Assembly (NCBI RefSeq): GCF_030684315.1
Contig: NC_081384.1
Location: 4,073,829-4,137,828 of the forward strand
Direction of reading: 5' to 3'
DNA: 64,000 nucleotides
DNA from: Stegostoma tigrinum
Taxonomy: Eukaryota
Within the stretch, counting starts at the first letter, position 1, and every line of letters begins with the position of its first letter. Positions 34,839-49,486 of this stretch are shown one piece after another. The translations under genes and the position numbers were made by a program. The notes under the pieces were generated by a model. It was not told the origin of the DNA and made no database searches. It saw only the letters and a program-made list of their open reading frames with translations.

Positions 34839-37800
34839 CGTTCTTGGACTCTCCCCCTCTACAAGTTCTATAGTATGGATAGGTCTCTCAGTCATATTGA
34901 ATTTTGCTCAGGTCATTACGTTTGAGAAACATAGCAAGGCAGGAGTTTACCCAAAATAGCATTAAGGCTCTGGAAATTCTCTCAAGCATTGCATGTTCTG
35001 TGATTCCATTAGCATCAAATATTTATTATAGAAGTCACAGCTCTAGTCTTCCATTGCCAGATACGCACGCAGATCCAATTTGAATAACAAAAGTAATTAA
35101 TTGATCTGTTTTCTTGTGCATGCTTAGTTGCATTAATATAAAATGTTATCTTTTTCGCAGTTGCATATTTCATTTATTATTACATTGGCTTAGACAGAGA
35201 ATAACATCAAGAGATAAAGCAAGTCCCAACACATTTTATATATGTGTGCATGTGTGTGTAACAGCAAATTAATTTAATCTGTTGAAAACGATTGTTTTAA
35301 CACGTCAGAGGATTTTCTAATTAAAACTAAAGAGAATACCCTCACTCCACACAACCCCCTCCAGGCAAATGTCAGCAAATTTCTCGATCAACGTATATTC
35401 AAACTTGCTTAAACTATATTTCATTTTCTTCTCCATTTTCTCCTGATAAATTCTCTATCATTTTGCAGATTGGTGAAACATGTCAATGCACTATTAAATA
35501 TACACTCTAACACTACTCTAAATTTTTATTTGGCAACCCTAGTGTGGTATTCAGACATAAATAAGAAAATGGTTCAAATATTTTCCAATTTCAACATGTT
35601 ATTTCGCACATCAAGCAGGAATTTCAATTTAATGCGAAGGTTTGATGGATGTTGTTTTCGAGTGAATGTTTCAGTCAAGTTTGGGGAAACTGCATGATTC
35701 TAGCAACCAACTTACGAAATGTTATAGTGTTTAAGTGATACGATACACATTATAACACAGTCCTAGGTGCCACTAAATGATATAAATATCATAAAATTGC
35801 GTTGCCGATTTCTTCCACCACGCCTCTACCCCCCTCCGGCACACCCGCTATAGAAGCCGCTCTGATTGGAAATGCTGATTTTACAGAACAAAATGAATTC
35901 GTTTTAGACAAAATACCTAAAATGCACGAATAATCAATTTCTTGGGGGAAAATAACAAAGGGTTAGGGATAGGATAAGGTGTGATTTCACCAGTTCCGAA
36001 GATTTGCTTGATTCGCCGCCCAATTTAAACCGAGGCAGAACATTTAATATGCAAAAAAAGAGTGCTTGCATTTACTTTCCATCGTGGTATAAAGTAAAAT
36101 ATTTAATCCCTACATTACGATCAGAGGACATGGGAAACGTTGTAATGACGCAAAGTGATTTTATGTTTATAAAAATTTAAGCAAGCTATGTGAAATAATA
36201 ACATAATCTTACCAGGGCAAAAAAAAATCTTTTGAATTCGATTAGTGTTAATTTCAATTGTGATAATTGAAAGGGATAACTGTATGTCTCTGCCTTTGTT
36301 AAAATAAGAAAATGTACGCAATATGCACATTGATTTCACGTTTAAGTTGAGATACTAAACTATTCAAAAGGACTTGATTCGATGTGCATCCCAAAGAAGG
36401 TAAAAAGTAGTGACTTGAAGAGTCAGCCCCTAACTTTCCCTCAGTGTCTATATTTGTGTGTTTGAAAATACTTTTAGTATGTGCCATACAAATTGCTCAT
36501 TCAAACATTCAAAATTTAAGAGCTTGTATATTTACTTTAAACAGATTTATTGCAGAACAAAAATAGTGCAAACAGATTTAAAATGAGTTCTGGGCGCAGA
36601 ACAACCCTAATCGTGCTCCCTCTAGACAGATTTAAATGGCTTATTGTGCTTAAATGATCGGACTAGGGGCCATGTTTTGCAGATTTTTGTGGTAACTTTT
36701 TAAAAGTTATGCTTTAGCTTGAGCAAGCAGTAAATGCGTATTAATGGTAATTAAATGAGACTGACATCCGGGTAATTTGAAATAGATGTTAGATTTTTTC
36801 CTTCTCGCTTTTGCAATATCTAATAAAATCACTTGCCTGCAAACTGCCTGAATGGGCGCTGAGAGATAAACTTATATTCTAAGAATCTATAAATTGATAA
36901 CTGGAGGAATCCGCTCAAATTAATGCTCAGAAAATGGAATAAGCTAAACTGTCCCTTTTTGAGATTTTGAAAATAATTTTGGAGTTTTTCGTTCCCATTT
37001 CTCGCGATTTATTTGCGAATCTGATACTTGAAAGCACAGTAATACGTCAATTAATTCCAAAACACTCTTTATTTTTGAGTCCCTTGCCCAGCCTTCCCTA
37101 CTTACACCTATTCATGTCAATATTATGTTTGAAAATCTGATGAATGTATGTATGAACTTTTATTTTATGCGCCATTGTCGTATTGTACAATGCAAACTGG
37201 AACTCGACTTATCTCATGGCCTCTTGTCCAGATAGAAAAACAGGCATTTACTCTTCATCCTTTTCCGCCATATCACCTAGTTTAAATAAACCGTTCCCGT
37301 TTTCATACAACTTGACTCTTAAATATTTTTAAAAGCTGATTATATCTGGCGGGAAATATTTATCCCATCTATTTGTGTTTTCAAAGACTCTTTTAACCAA
37401 CACCACAGTTACTTCCGTCGGCGATCTGCTGATTTCTATTTATTGTGCACAGTGTCCTATAAAAGAAATCAATTAATCCTCCCTGTTTTTGTACAGATCC
37501 TGATCAGGATAGTTAGCCATTCCTCCCCCACCCCCAACCCACCTTTCTTACTGTCTGTCTCCTTCTGTCTCCCCCGTTTTAGTTTGCATACTTTGTAGAT
37601 TGTTGACAATCTGTGAAGTCTACTTCCACTTCCACATCTTACCTCGGTATCATTTTCTCAACTGTGCCGATAGCCAAGATCATCGCTTTTACCATTGACA
37701 TCGAACTGAGTCTATCTAAGCAGACAACACCAAGTCACGCACGACGTAAACTTTTGACCCTCCACTTTTTGACCCCTTAGCTATAATGCTGTACTAACAA

Positions 37801-40800
37801 GCCCCCATGAACAGTTTCAACACCGCAATCCTCAGACAGTATTGCTGTACAGTTTTGTATTATCCCCCACGAGGCTCGACTTTGTATTAAGATTCGTCCT
37901 GCTTCAATTAAGACATATAATCTAGAAATGGAAAGATTTCACTGAGACACTGGAATACCTTCAAAGTTGGTTTGAAATCTTCAAGAATTTTTTTTAAACC
38001 GCCACTGTTTGAATGAATTTGTATCATTATTCGTCAGGAAAAATGTCCAAACTGAAAGGGTGAGTTTTGAAGAGACAAATGACTACAGCACTTAGAAACT
38101 TCTGATAGTGCATAAGTAGAACATTTTGGGGAGATATCAAACAGACTCCTCCGACTCTGTCCTGCCAGATTAACTGAAACGGAAAGCATTGCGAGGGATG
38201 TGGCAGAAAGGAGGCATAATGACTATGAACTTGGTCTGAAGCGGGCTCTGGTGGCGGATCTGACACGTTACACGTGCGAAATAACTCCCTAATTTTGTTC
38301 GTATTTATTTGAAATTCTGCTTTTGGTTTGATTTTTCTGTGCAAAATATCCTAAGATGTTCGTAGCAGAAGTTTTATTTTCGAAACCATTGTCAATTTGT
38401 CAGTTGTGTGCGTTCCGTGCGACGTTAGATTGTTAGCAATCGTGTCTTATTAAATGAGAGCGGAGTAAATTTAAACAGGAAAGCAGGTCATCAGAACAAT
38501 CCCTTAAGGAGTGAAGCATTAACAAGGGTTTTTATTATGTTTGTCATTAGATTGCATAATAATTTCGGAATCTTAAATACAATCCGAAATTAATTTAAAC
38601 CAAATTCAATTCAATTAAGTTATAGTATTACATTGTAAATGCTGAAAAGCGAACACTGGGTCAACCAGTTTGGGATATTGATGTTATTCTTTCAAGCTAA
38701 ACAAATTGGCTTTTCTGTTGTGAAAATAACTGGTTCAATTGCACAGCAGTAACAGATATCAACCCGTTTTTGTTTAAATCAATGGCGGTTAACAGATCTG
38801 TAAGGCCTGTGAACCATCAGAAAACTTAAGCCTTTCTTGGAGTATAAAAATTATTACGTAGCCTGATAGCCATTATATCGTGGCTTATAGTTTTTATTTC
38901 ATTTTACAATTTATTAAGTGAAGAAGATGCATCGAAAATAATAGTGCTGTGTAATTTTAAATCTCACCTTATGCCCGTGTAGCATTTAATTAGACTATGA
39001 TATGTATGGTGGCCTCGTTTAGGTCGCACGTTCTGGAACAGGGTGCTGGTTTATGGCCTAAAGTGATTCCAGTTACTGACGGTTGAAACCACGGGGAAGA
39101 GTTAACGATAACGCACGCGATATGAATGCTTTTATCCATATGGCTGCAACTAGGTGTTTAATATGGTGATATAATCAACTGACATATTTATGACTCCGTT
39201 GCGCGTTCTGTGACTGCGTTTTGTTCCCGTTTCCCCTAAATTACAACCTTAACCTAGTCCTCCTATCCATCCAGGGCCTATAAGGCGCACCAGATGCATA
39301 CCACTTAAAAACCTTAACAAAGACAATGCATCACCTTTAGATCATACCCTTAGCCTGATAGGAATGGTTATCGATCTCGAACGTTTCCATGGAACAGACA
39401 ATTCGCTTGTGATGGTATCAGGAACAAATACATCTGTGTTAGAAGGGGCAAGGAACGACACCAACTTTCTCTGAAGCCAAATTAGTAATGTTACAGTCGA
39501 CTATTGATTCATACTACAAACGTTTGTGCTTGCCTCGATTTACAAACTGCAAAGGAGGGCCTTTGGTTAGCCTTAAGGAAATGAACGGAATGGTTACTTG
39601 ATTTTACGGCTAGTTATAAAATATTTACATGAATTTCCTCCCTAAGAGCGTTAGGCCCAATTGGAACTCAGCAGCACGTTTCTAAAACAGGCAGCCTTCT
39701 AATCTCTGTATATATCGTGCGATTCGATATCCACTTTCTTACATTCAGGTCCATCATTCTTAGTCAAGTTTGGTGCATTTTAATGATGTACTAGTATCTA
39801 CCAACAGCCCGTAGATTCTTGCCACTGTCTGCTTTTATTTATGTTCTGACAGTTTCTTTCTTACTCTAGTCAAAAACTGTTAAGCTAACGTATTTCCTGA
39901 TCCTGCTTTTACATCAGATTGAAGAGCATAAGTGAAAGGCCAAGCATAGAAGCCAGCAAGGTTAGAAAGAATAGAAGTTGGTTGTAGCTTTGATGCCAAT
40001 TGACAGATTATTTTGTTCCTGGGAACAAACGATGAAAAAATTGCAAATCAGTATTTTTCTGCAAATGACAGGCTCATTCCAAACTCAAAACATTGATCCG
40101 TTTCCTTTGAATTGCTCTCTCGTGTACTTAGGAATTGAAAACAAAATAATAGTATTAATTGTTGCCGTCTTTTATTTTACTACAGAACACTGAAGAAAAA
40201 TCATTCAATTACTCCGAAAACTCTGAATAAAATGAGAATTGAAACGGAAGACCACAATGTACTTCCTCCATCAGGGATGTGTTTTCCTGTTTACACACTG
40301 GATTTCCTCAGATATCAGCGCGGAAAGGCAATAAAAATAATGACAGAAACATTTCGCCATTCTGAGAGAGAGAGAGAAAAAAAATCTTTCCTAACAATGA
40401 TTTAAAAAGCTCCCTCCCTAACCCCTCACACTGCACACCGGAAGCGGCCAGAATTAAAAACTTGACGGATTCGAGGACTGTGTCACAACAAATGATTATC
40501 AACGGGTGAGAAACTTGACATTTACTGATGGGAAATGTCAAAGTATAATTTTCGTCTTATATATCTACATTTCTCCTTAGACTGGTTTGTGACTGTTCAA
40601 GTAATCGTTACAATGAGTCTCAAAATATGTAGACAATCACATTAGCATGTCAGGAAGCCCATTACAGTAAGAGAGATATGTTTCCAATGTTACTTGATAA
40701 AAGCACACAGCAACAATATTAAAGAACTGTAACGAACAGTAAGTGCAGTATATAAATAAAATACTAACTAAATTATAAAACTTCCAGTCTATACTTTTTT

Positions 40801-43593
40801 TTAGTGATACTTTACTTCTAGGATCAAAGGATATATACTTGTGTTAAGAATGAGTTTAGCCTAACAAATAGCACCTTTTCCCTTGTCTCTCACTTCAACC
40901 TGAATCCCCAAAGGATTTTCTTTTCGTATAAAAGTCTGCAAAACGTTCAATTAGTTGTACTTAAGAGTCACATTTCAAAACGATGGCATTTATAGACGTT
41001 AAAAGACTATAATTCAACACTGACAGCAGTGAAAAACAAAGTTAAACGCTACAATTTAAAATTAGTGATTGGGTCTCACGCCTGAATTCTGAACTTGGAA
41101 AGCGTGGCACACCTAATATTTGTATGTTGTTTTGCTAGCCCATTGCGATGCAAAACACGCCACTGTCCGCTTTTAGACATACATATTGGACTTTTTAGCA
41201 GAGATTAACATTTTTTGTCGCCCCTTTGCTGACCTTGAAAACATTATGAGTTCTAAAGTAATTAATGTAGAAGTACCTAGACAAAATAAAAACCGAAAGC
41301 AAGTGTGCAAAATTGAGAAGGTGAGGTTGAGGGGGATCCCGGGCGGGGTGATGATTGAATCAAAAAATATCATTCAGGGTCATTTTGAGATTAGATTCCA
41401 CCATAACATGGCTGCGGTGGAATCGCGAATTACGTCTTATTTAATCTTTGCAAAGTCTTACGGTATAATTGAAAATATATGTTTGGATGTGCCTTCATTT
41501 AAACATTGAAACAATGGCAACCAGTTTGATTCCTCATTTAACAAGATATTTAACGACCATTCTTTCGAAATTCAGTTAGTGGGGGAGTCAAGGTTTGGAA
41601 AATTAATAGTCCCAGGAAATGCTTAAAATAATATCAAGATGTCCTTGACTATACACGGCCTTCCTCAAAAGGGCCGATTTCCTCTTCAAAGCATGCATGT
41701 AAATTGATAACAAAATATGAAATTTATCTCCGCTGGACAGTGTTGACTGCCCGTTTTCCTGCAGAATGATTTTTTCCCCAGGAAATTGCAAAAACGTTTT
41801 GAATATTTTAAAAATAAAAATAAGTTAAGGTAGAAACGAAGAAACAGCATCCAGGAGGAGCCATGTTTGCTACTTAGATTATTAACGACAGTAAAGTTTG
41901 CATAACGTTAGCCACTGGAACATGTTTGAGTATCCCTACTCCCACCCGTGCTCAATGTTAAACAGTTGAAATTCATTTTTATTTTAATCTTTGCTCCGAG
42001 TTATAAATCAACAAATCACACGCTAAAAATCAAAGTAGTTTGCTATTATTGTATTAAGTAGAAGGGGGAAACGAATTCTCTAACACTCAATGAATTTGCA
42101 GAAAGCAAGACGAAAGGTTGCCAGAAAAACCGCAACAGTGTGTCTTATAAATGGGAAATCTAATCCAGTTCAATGTCAACTCGATAAAACACGAAGAGCA
42201 TTTGAGTCTATTTAGGTAAAATAATCAGTCGCCGGGAAAGAGGCCTATTAATCTCGAGCACTATAGCTCACGTTTCTTTATAGTTTGGGCACAAAGGATA
42301 GGTAAAACGTATATTTGAAGAGTCTAAAATATGCACTATTGTAACTTAGACATTTTTCAAGTTTATTTTTTCTTATTTTGAAAGATTCTTTGCGCCCTGC
42401 TGGCAACCATACGCGTCCTGTTGTATAGTTCGACGTAACTTACCTTGAGCAGTACAGTGACATCAGATTTTTAACTGTAGTCAGGAAAGATTTTGGAGCC
42501 TACGGGTCTGGTAAAGGAGCCCTGTTCGATCCCTCTGGAAGACTAGCCACATTATACGCTACTGTCTGCAAACCCAGTCAGATAAAGTTCAGCGTCACCA
42601 ACATTATACAGAATGTGAAATATATTGTACCTTGTCAACTCCCCAGAACCATAAAACTAACTTTAACGACCCCACGTGACTTTTGAGAGCCAGTAGGGGT
42701 ATCTGACTGTGGTATGGGCGATTTTTACGATCTAACTTTGAGATAAATACCCAATTCATTTGACATCCCAATGTCATACCGACTTCTTGTATACGTAGTT
42801 TGTTGTATTCACAAGGGGAGCATGCACTTTGCAGGATAGACCCTAACATTTCCTGTGTGACTTATCAACTACCGATAAGCACTTGGACGTTATTTTGGTA
42901 AGTTGAGTTTAAACTGCATAAGAGTTACCTGTTGCACAAAACTGAAGCCAGATTTACAAAAATAATGCGTGTAGTTTGTTATCTAGACAAACTTCGGAAC
43001 AACACCTCTTATTACAGTATAAATCTCTGGGGGCACAGCGCAGAAATCAAGTCCGAGACACTTTTTTTTCGAATATACACAAGAAAAGTGAACAGAAAGC
43101 CATCCTTTGAAGTATTTAAGAAGAAGCTGGCGGGTTTAGTTAGGTCCAGAAATCACCAAATGCAAAAATGCAAATCACATAAATACCGCCTTTAAACATA
43201 AACGAGCAACTCAAAGCCGCGTGTAGCAGTTAGATGTGCTTTAGGATTTAGCATGAATGGTTAACTAAAACAGCCAGGTAAGGTTTCGTTTTAATAATAT
43301 CTCATAGAATAATTTTTGAAAGGTAAACCCAGAACTAATCAATAGACGCTTATGAAAGTTCCTTCTATGCACTGTTTATATGTCTTTACAAAATGCACTA
43401 TGTATGGAGTTACGACCAAACACGTAGCAATACTGAAATATATCACTGCTGATAATGTTTAATGTACTAGACACTAACAATAAATATTGACCAGAATTAG
43501 TAGAACGCATTTCACCAGGTAATAAGATATCAGTCTGTTTACAGTGAACATATTACACTGCAGAGATTAGGGGTAGTTATGAGAAACTTTTAC

Positions 43594-43599
43594 TTTATT
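43594..43599 (-). terminator. Candidate poly(A) signal for HoxB5
   Basis: AATAAA on the minus strand about 680 nt after the stop; other AATAAA hexamers exist in the UTR. Confidence 0.4.
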
Positions 43600-44281
43600 T
43601 TGAATTAAGCTACAAACAAATACAAAAAGCTTGGTGGCAACATACTGTAGGAAATGAACATAGCGTCGTTCTCTCCTACAGAAAATATGCCATTCATCAC
43701 TCTGCCCATTACAGTCTAGCTATAGGCAACATTATAAACTTTTTTGTATTATTTACAACCATTATAACTCACTAAATAATCGTATACAATCATCGCTGAT
43801 TTCAGAATCTATCCACATGTATTACCAAAGATTAGAATTCTACAAGGTATTTCGACATACATACTTTGCTTAAATTCACTGACAGCATCAAGGACAGTAG
43901 CTACAGGAAGGTTGTTATATTTTTGAGGTGATAGAGTAACAGCAAGGATTTTCGAATTTACTCAGCGCATTGGGTGGCTAGGATGGGGTAGAGGAAGATC
44001 AAATTGTACAACTTGCGTCAATTATAAATAAGTTATACCATTTACAATCCACAAAAACCATGCTACTTTTTTAAGAGAGCACCAATAATTCACTGACACA
44101 GACATATGTAAGATAGTAACAAGCATTTAACAGCGAAAGAACAACACAGGTTAAAAGAAAAACATGTTAGCAATACCACAGAAAAGTTTTATTCATCTTT
44201 AATATTTAACAACACGTGGGGAAAAGGTGCCTCGCTGTACAGTACTGGTGCACGGTGTCTGTTATTTTTCTGTTTGATATG

Positions 44282-44532
44282 TTAGGGTTGAAAGGCGCTT
44301 GCTCCGGCCGTCATGCTCATGCTTTTCAGCTTGTTGTCCTTTTTCCATTTCATCCTCCGGTTCTGGAACCAAATCTTGATCTGGCGTTCTGAGAGACATA
44401 GAGCATGGGCAATCTCTATTCTCCGCCGTCGGGTTAGATATCTGTTGAAGTGGAACTCTTTTTCCAACTCCAACGTTTGAAAACGAGTATAAGCAGTCCT
44501 GGCTCTTTTCCCGTCGGGTCCACCCATACCAT
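44282..44532 (-). CDS. HOXB5: HoxB5 coding exon 2 (homeodomain)
   Basis: Acceptor TAGCAG| then [73 protein letters not shown]...AFQP*. Confidence 0.96.
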
Positions 44533-44777
44533 CTGCTAATAAATATAGGAAGTTTTTTTTATCCATGCTGAATTATCCATCCCCTTTGAAAATACCATTT
44601 TTTAAAAAATACAATTTTATACCTTGAAGTGGAATATTCCCTTCCCTGGGCCTCTCCGGGCACGTATGTCAAAACGAAAGTATATCGTCCCAATTTGAAT
44701 TGCTATTAATTATCATTTTCCTTTTCATTGTCTGAGCATGTAACCTGTGTCTTGACGGCTGTGCTTCTAATTATCTG

Positions 44778-44830
44778 CACACACACATACATACACAGAC
44801 ACACACAGACACACACACACACACACACAC
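44778..44830. repeat. Imperfect (CA)n microsatellite in the HoxB5 intron
   Basis: Read directly from the sequence. Confidence 0.95.
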
Positions 44831-45293
44831 TCACAGGCACCAGACATGCACTGTTATACACACGTACACACTCATGCCTTTTGAAAAGAATTGTCTGAAA
44901 TTCCGAGCAGATCCATAGAAAAGGGTCACACAACATTGATTGTCCAGGGTTAGTGCACAGTTCTTTTTGTTATTATGCTGATCGTGCAGTTAAATTCATA
45001 GCTTTCAATGCGCTAGTATCATAAATATCATATAATATTTACAACCCATTTGCATCAAACATAAATTTTCATATTTACTTTTTTTTGGTCGAACTGCGTA
45101 TTATTTTGCATGCACGTTATAAAATTGCTGTTTAACGAGTTAATTTAAATTTGCCGAAAAATTATTAGTTTCTGTAGAGCTGAGAAATACAAATTGTTCG
45201 TATTTTGTGTCACTCAGGTTGCACAATAGGACGCCATGAATTACTTGACCACAGAGTAATATTTAGAGTGATAAACAGAAAATGAAAGTGTAC

Positions 45294-45828
45294 CATGGCC
45301 AATGTGCAGCTTTCTCATCCAAGGAAATATTTGTGGCTGCTGTTCTGGTGATGTTGCTTGTGTTGGTTCTTGCTGTGCCCTGGGATGATTGTTGTTGTTG
45401 GCTGGAGTGCCCTCTTCGGCATCCGAGGATGCTCCGGCTTCGTCCATTTCTGTAAAATTACTTGCTGAACTAGAGGAGGTAGTCGGATCAGATGGGGAAC
45501 CCTTGACTCCGTGACTGTCTTTGCCGGAACAAGGAAGGGGTTCTGGAGATGAGAGGGTGCAGCTCGCTGCTTGTCTGAACCTGGTTTCTGTAGCTGGAGG
45601 ATAGCTTCTGGACTTTTCTGTATTAGCCACTCCAAAGTGGTTAGATGAGGCTGAACGGGTGATGCTAAGGTCCATACCATTGTAGTTGTAGCCGTAAGTG
45701 CCTGAATGCATGGTGCCTGAATCCCTGTATGGTCCGTTCTCGGAGCTGCTCGTCCCATAATTAAGTAACTGATAATCCGGGCCATTTTGATAGCGACCGG
45801 AGAATGAGTTTACAAAGTAAGAGCTCAT
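45294..45828 (-). CDS. HOXB5: HoxB5 coding exon 1 (spliced protein 261 aa)
   Basis: [26 protein letters not shown]-terminus; PQIFPWMRKLHI hexapeptide; donor CATG|GTACAC, phase 1. Confidence 0.95.
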
Positions 45829-45849
45829 TTGGGTTTTTTTGGGTTGATT

Positions 45850-46060
45850 TGTGGTTGTTAGTCGTTATAACCCAGTCCTGCACGATTTATGATATATTAA
45901 TGAATTATAGAAATGACTGTACTTCGTTCGCTTCTATGTATGCGGCCAAATATGGGGGGTGCGAGACGGAATCACGTGCTTTTGTTGACCAGTCGTAAAT
46001 TCTCACTGATGACCTCAAGGGGTAATTCATGCTCTATGGTTACAAATAATGACGATCCGA
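45850..46060 (-). promoter_or_regulatory. HoxB5 promoter and 5'UTR conserved block
   Basis: CGATTTATGA, TCACGTG E-box, GTCGTAAA and TGATGACCT motifs directly upstream of the ATG, typical of Hox5 promoters. Confidence 0.6.
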
Positions 46061-46113
46061 GAATCGTTACGCCATGTGAATGCAAGGTTCCAAATGATGG
46101 CCAGGTTTGCAGA

Positions 46114-46130
46114 CTGCGCCACCTACTGGG
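46114..46130 (-). promoter_or_regulatory. CTCF binding motif between HoxB5 and HoxB6
   Basis: Minus strand CCCAGTAGGTGGCGCAG fits the CTCF core CCASYAGRKGGCRS without mismatch. Confidence 0.75.
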
Positions 46131-48185
46131 CTTTGTCTGCGCTACACAAATTAAGGTCATTGCTTATGTATTGACATTGGTATTCTTATTTTAATAATAA
46201 CACAGCAAAAAAGTTATATCTTAAATTTACCCACCTCAAATCAATACAATGCATTGTTCCAATGCAGTTCGCCACACTAAGAATTCAACATTTGACAATG
46301 CATTTGTATAAACATTCAAAAAGGTTAAATATAAAACGGTTATTCAATTATCTTGCAATTGAATTGGAAATCACGTTTTATAGCTATGCTTGGAGTGGAG
46401 CAATTTATTTCGTTTTTTTTGACCAGATACATTTAAAAACAATTAACTTTCCATCCTTGACTAGTTAGTTAAATGTACGCATTCATCGACCGACGATTGG
46501 TATTGCGATGTAAGCATTATTATTTACTAAATGCTATCCTTCCAATGTGTTTGCGGGACCTAAGTTCGTTTTGAAACGTGATAATTATTGCGACTAAAGC
46601 ACATTAGATTTCTTTTTGAAAAACCCTTTATCTTCAAATTGCACAGGCTCTTTCAAAGCAAGGAAAAGCCTAATTCTGAGAGAGTTCAAATTTGCACATT
46701 GGTGCACTGTTTGGGCTGCGCGGACAGCATGGTTCTTTACTATGTTTTGAAGGAGTTAAGAAAATACACGTTTGAGCTAATTCGTGACACCACTCCTATT
46801 TGGTATCAAAATGCGTTAAAAGACCTATGTAACTATTCTGATTAAAAAGCGAAATGAATACTATTTAATCACATTGCGGAGGGTTTTGTATACGCATCTG
46901 TCCAGTCTCGTTATACGATCTTTTACAGGATTCGCATTAGCTCTTCAACACAACCCAGCTCCTGAAGGGCTCAGTGAACAATTAGCAGAGTGTACTTCTG
47001 CATTTTTGGTCCGCATTGGTGTTTATTTCGAATGATGAAGGATCATTCGATACAAAGAATGAGTTGGGTTTTTTTTGCGGGGACTTTTTTGGCCACGAGA
47101 TATTTGTGCTCAAACTCCTTCTGTTTTTACACAAATGTGCTTTAATAGGATTGTACCATGACTGGAGAGTGCATTTAGCATGACAGGACGAGTTTTCTTG
47201 ATTGTGCAACAGAGAATGTAATAATTGGAACCAGGAAAACAGTTGTTAAATACCGCAATGTCCTTCGCTTTCTCTCAGTAATTAAATGGTTGCAAATTTC
47301 AAAAAAAGAGTCTATCATTATCCAGTAATGCTTTTCTAACCTACCCTGTTTTTAAGAAGCGGGCAGTAAACAGATTACTGGAATGTATTTTGAATTTGAG
47401 GGAAATCATAGAGATAAATCAATTATCAGACATTCAATGAGGTCTGTCAGTTTTTGTTTTGTGATATATTACAATCTAGACTAAAATAAGCTGTGAGTAG
47501 CGAAATGGAGAATGTAGAGTTTATTCCACGTCTCCCTGACAGATTATCACTGGTTTCCATGCACATCAGGATTCTTAAATCGAAAAACACACATTTTTAG
47601 GAAAAAAAACTTTTATTGTCATTCCAGATAAGGACGCTCGGCCTTTGAAATATATGACGCATGCTACAATCACATTAATTTTAAAAGAAACGCAAATAAA
47701 AAAATAACCTCTTACTCAATTCTTAAGACGTTTGCTTTTATTTTCCTCTCTCCGTTACGAAAACAAACCAAAATACAATATTAAAACCTCATTGTGTAAT
47801 TTACTCACGCACGCACACTCATTTCCACACACGCACGCATACATAAAATAAATCAAAAATAGTTGTTCACAGTGCACAAAAACATACACTATCTTTAAAC
47901 TAGAGAGCTGAGACGAACGTCAAAAAATCACAATATTGCAACAGCTCAATTGAGATACAGAATTAATGGAATGCTAATGTTTTAAAACTATTGACACCAA
48001 TGTGAAACATTGCCTGCTTGGCTAAACCATAGGAATGCATAACTTTATAATAAATCTCACAACAAATACAGAAATATACAACTCCACTGGTGCGCAACAG
48101 CAAACAAATTGTAAACTTCGATTTTTTTTTATTTTCAATTAAAGAACTGCACAGCGTTCTCTTCCTTTTCTGTATCTTGTTATTT

Positions 48186-48569
<384 letters not shown>

Positions 48570-49053
48570 CTACGTTGATTATACAGGACGTTATATGTTA
48601 AACTATAAGTTTCAAAATAAACTGTTTGATGAGCACTTTCGATTTTGAAGCACTAAATAACGATCTCTACTCTAGGCATGCTTACACTCCGTTCGATTAG
48701 GGCTTTAGAACCGGTGGGCCCATTGACTGTGCAGTAAAATCTTCAATATAAGGAAAACAACTGATCATTCTTCATATTTAAGGTCAGCGTTACATTTTAT
48801 ATGCACATTCTTCTATATCAGACGTTGTGCTTTAATAATTTATTCGGTGTCTTAAAATTTGCAGCAGTTCACAATTTCATGTGAACTGTATTAAAGTCTT
48901 TTGAAATCATTAAACGTTTAATTCTACTTTCCAAGAAATTAGTTAAAGGGCTAAAAATGCTAATCACTTTCTTGCTAAGTTCAAAATCAACATGCGTTAA
49001 AGTTTGTTTCTCTTCAAATATGTAAGGGAAAAAAGTACAAAGGGCAAACTTAC

Positions 49054-49486
49054 CACCACTGGAGTTCATTCTTTGCATCCAAGGGTACACTGGGAGCGAA
49101 CTCTTCTGATCATCCACCTCTCCATATAAAATTCTGTTTTGTGCACACTCGAATTTGCGCTGTTCCGCGTTAAAATGTGTTGCATCTTCCATTGAGTGAT
49201 ATTTGGAGCTGGTGGAGGAAGCGCCGCATGAAGGGTCTTTTTCCCGGTAAAAACTGGGGGCACCATAATCACAGGGTGTCCGATTGCACGCATACGCTCC
49301 GTTGGCTTGTTGGTAGTAGGAGGGTGACGGGTAGCTTTTATCCTGCATGCTTGTAGCCCCATATGTGGCGGAGTAATGTCTTAAAGGGTCGTAACTGGAT
49401 GAATATAGCGGAATCTGCCCAAGGAAGGACTCTTGTCCACTAGCAAAAGTGGACGGGAAAGTGGAGTTCACAAAATACGAACTCAT
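49054..49486 (-). CDS. HOXB6: HoxB6 coding exon 1 (spliced protein about 230 aa)
   Basis: [31 protein letters not shown]-terminus; PVYPWMQRMNS hexapeptide; donor GGTG|GTAAGT, phase 1. Confidence 0.94.

Noticed and set aside
42391-42404. CTCF-like GCCAGCAGGGCGCA between HoxB4 and HoxB5
   Set aside because: Two core bases are missing relative to CCAGCAGGGGGCGC, which breaks zinc-finger register.
47342-47349. miR-10 8mer downstream of HoxB6
   Set aside because: Lies beyond two AATAAA signals (about 47612 and 47520), so probably outside the main 3'UTR.
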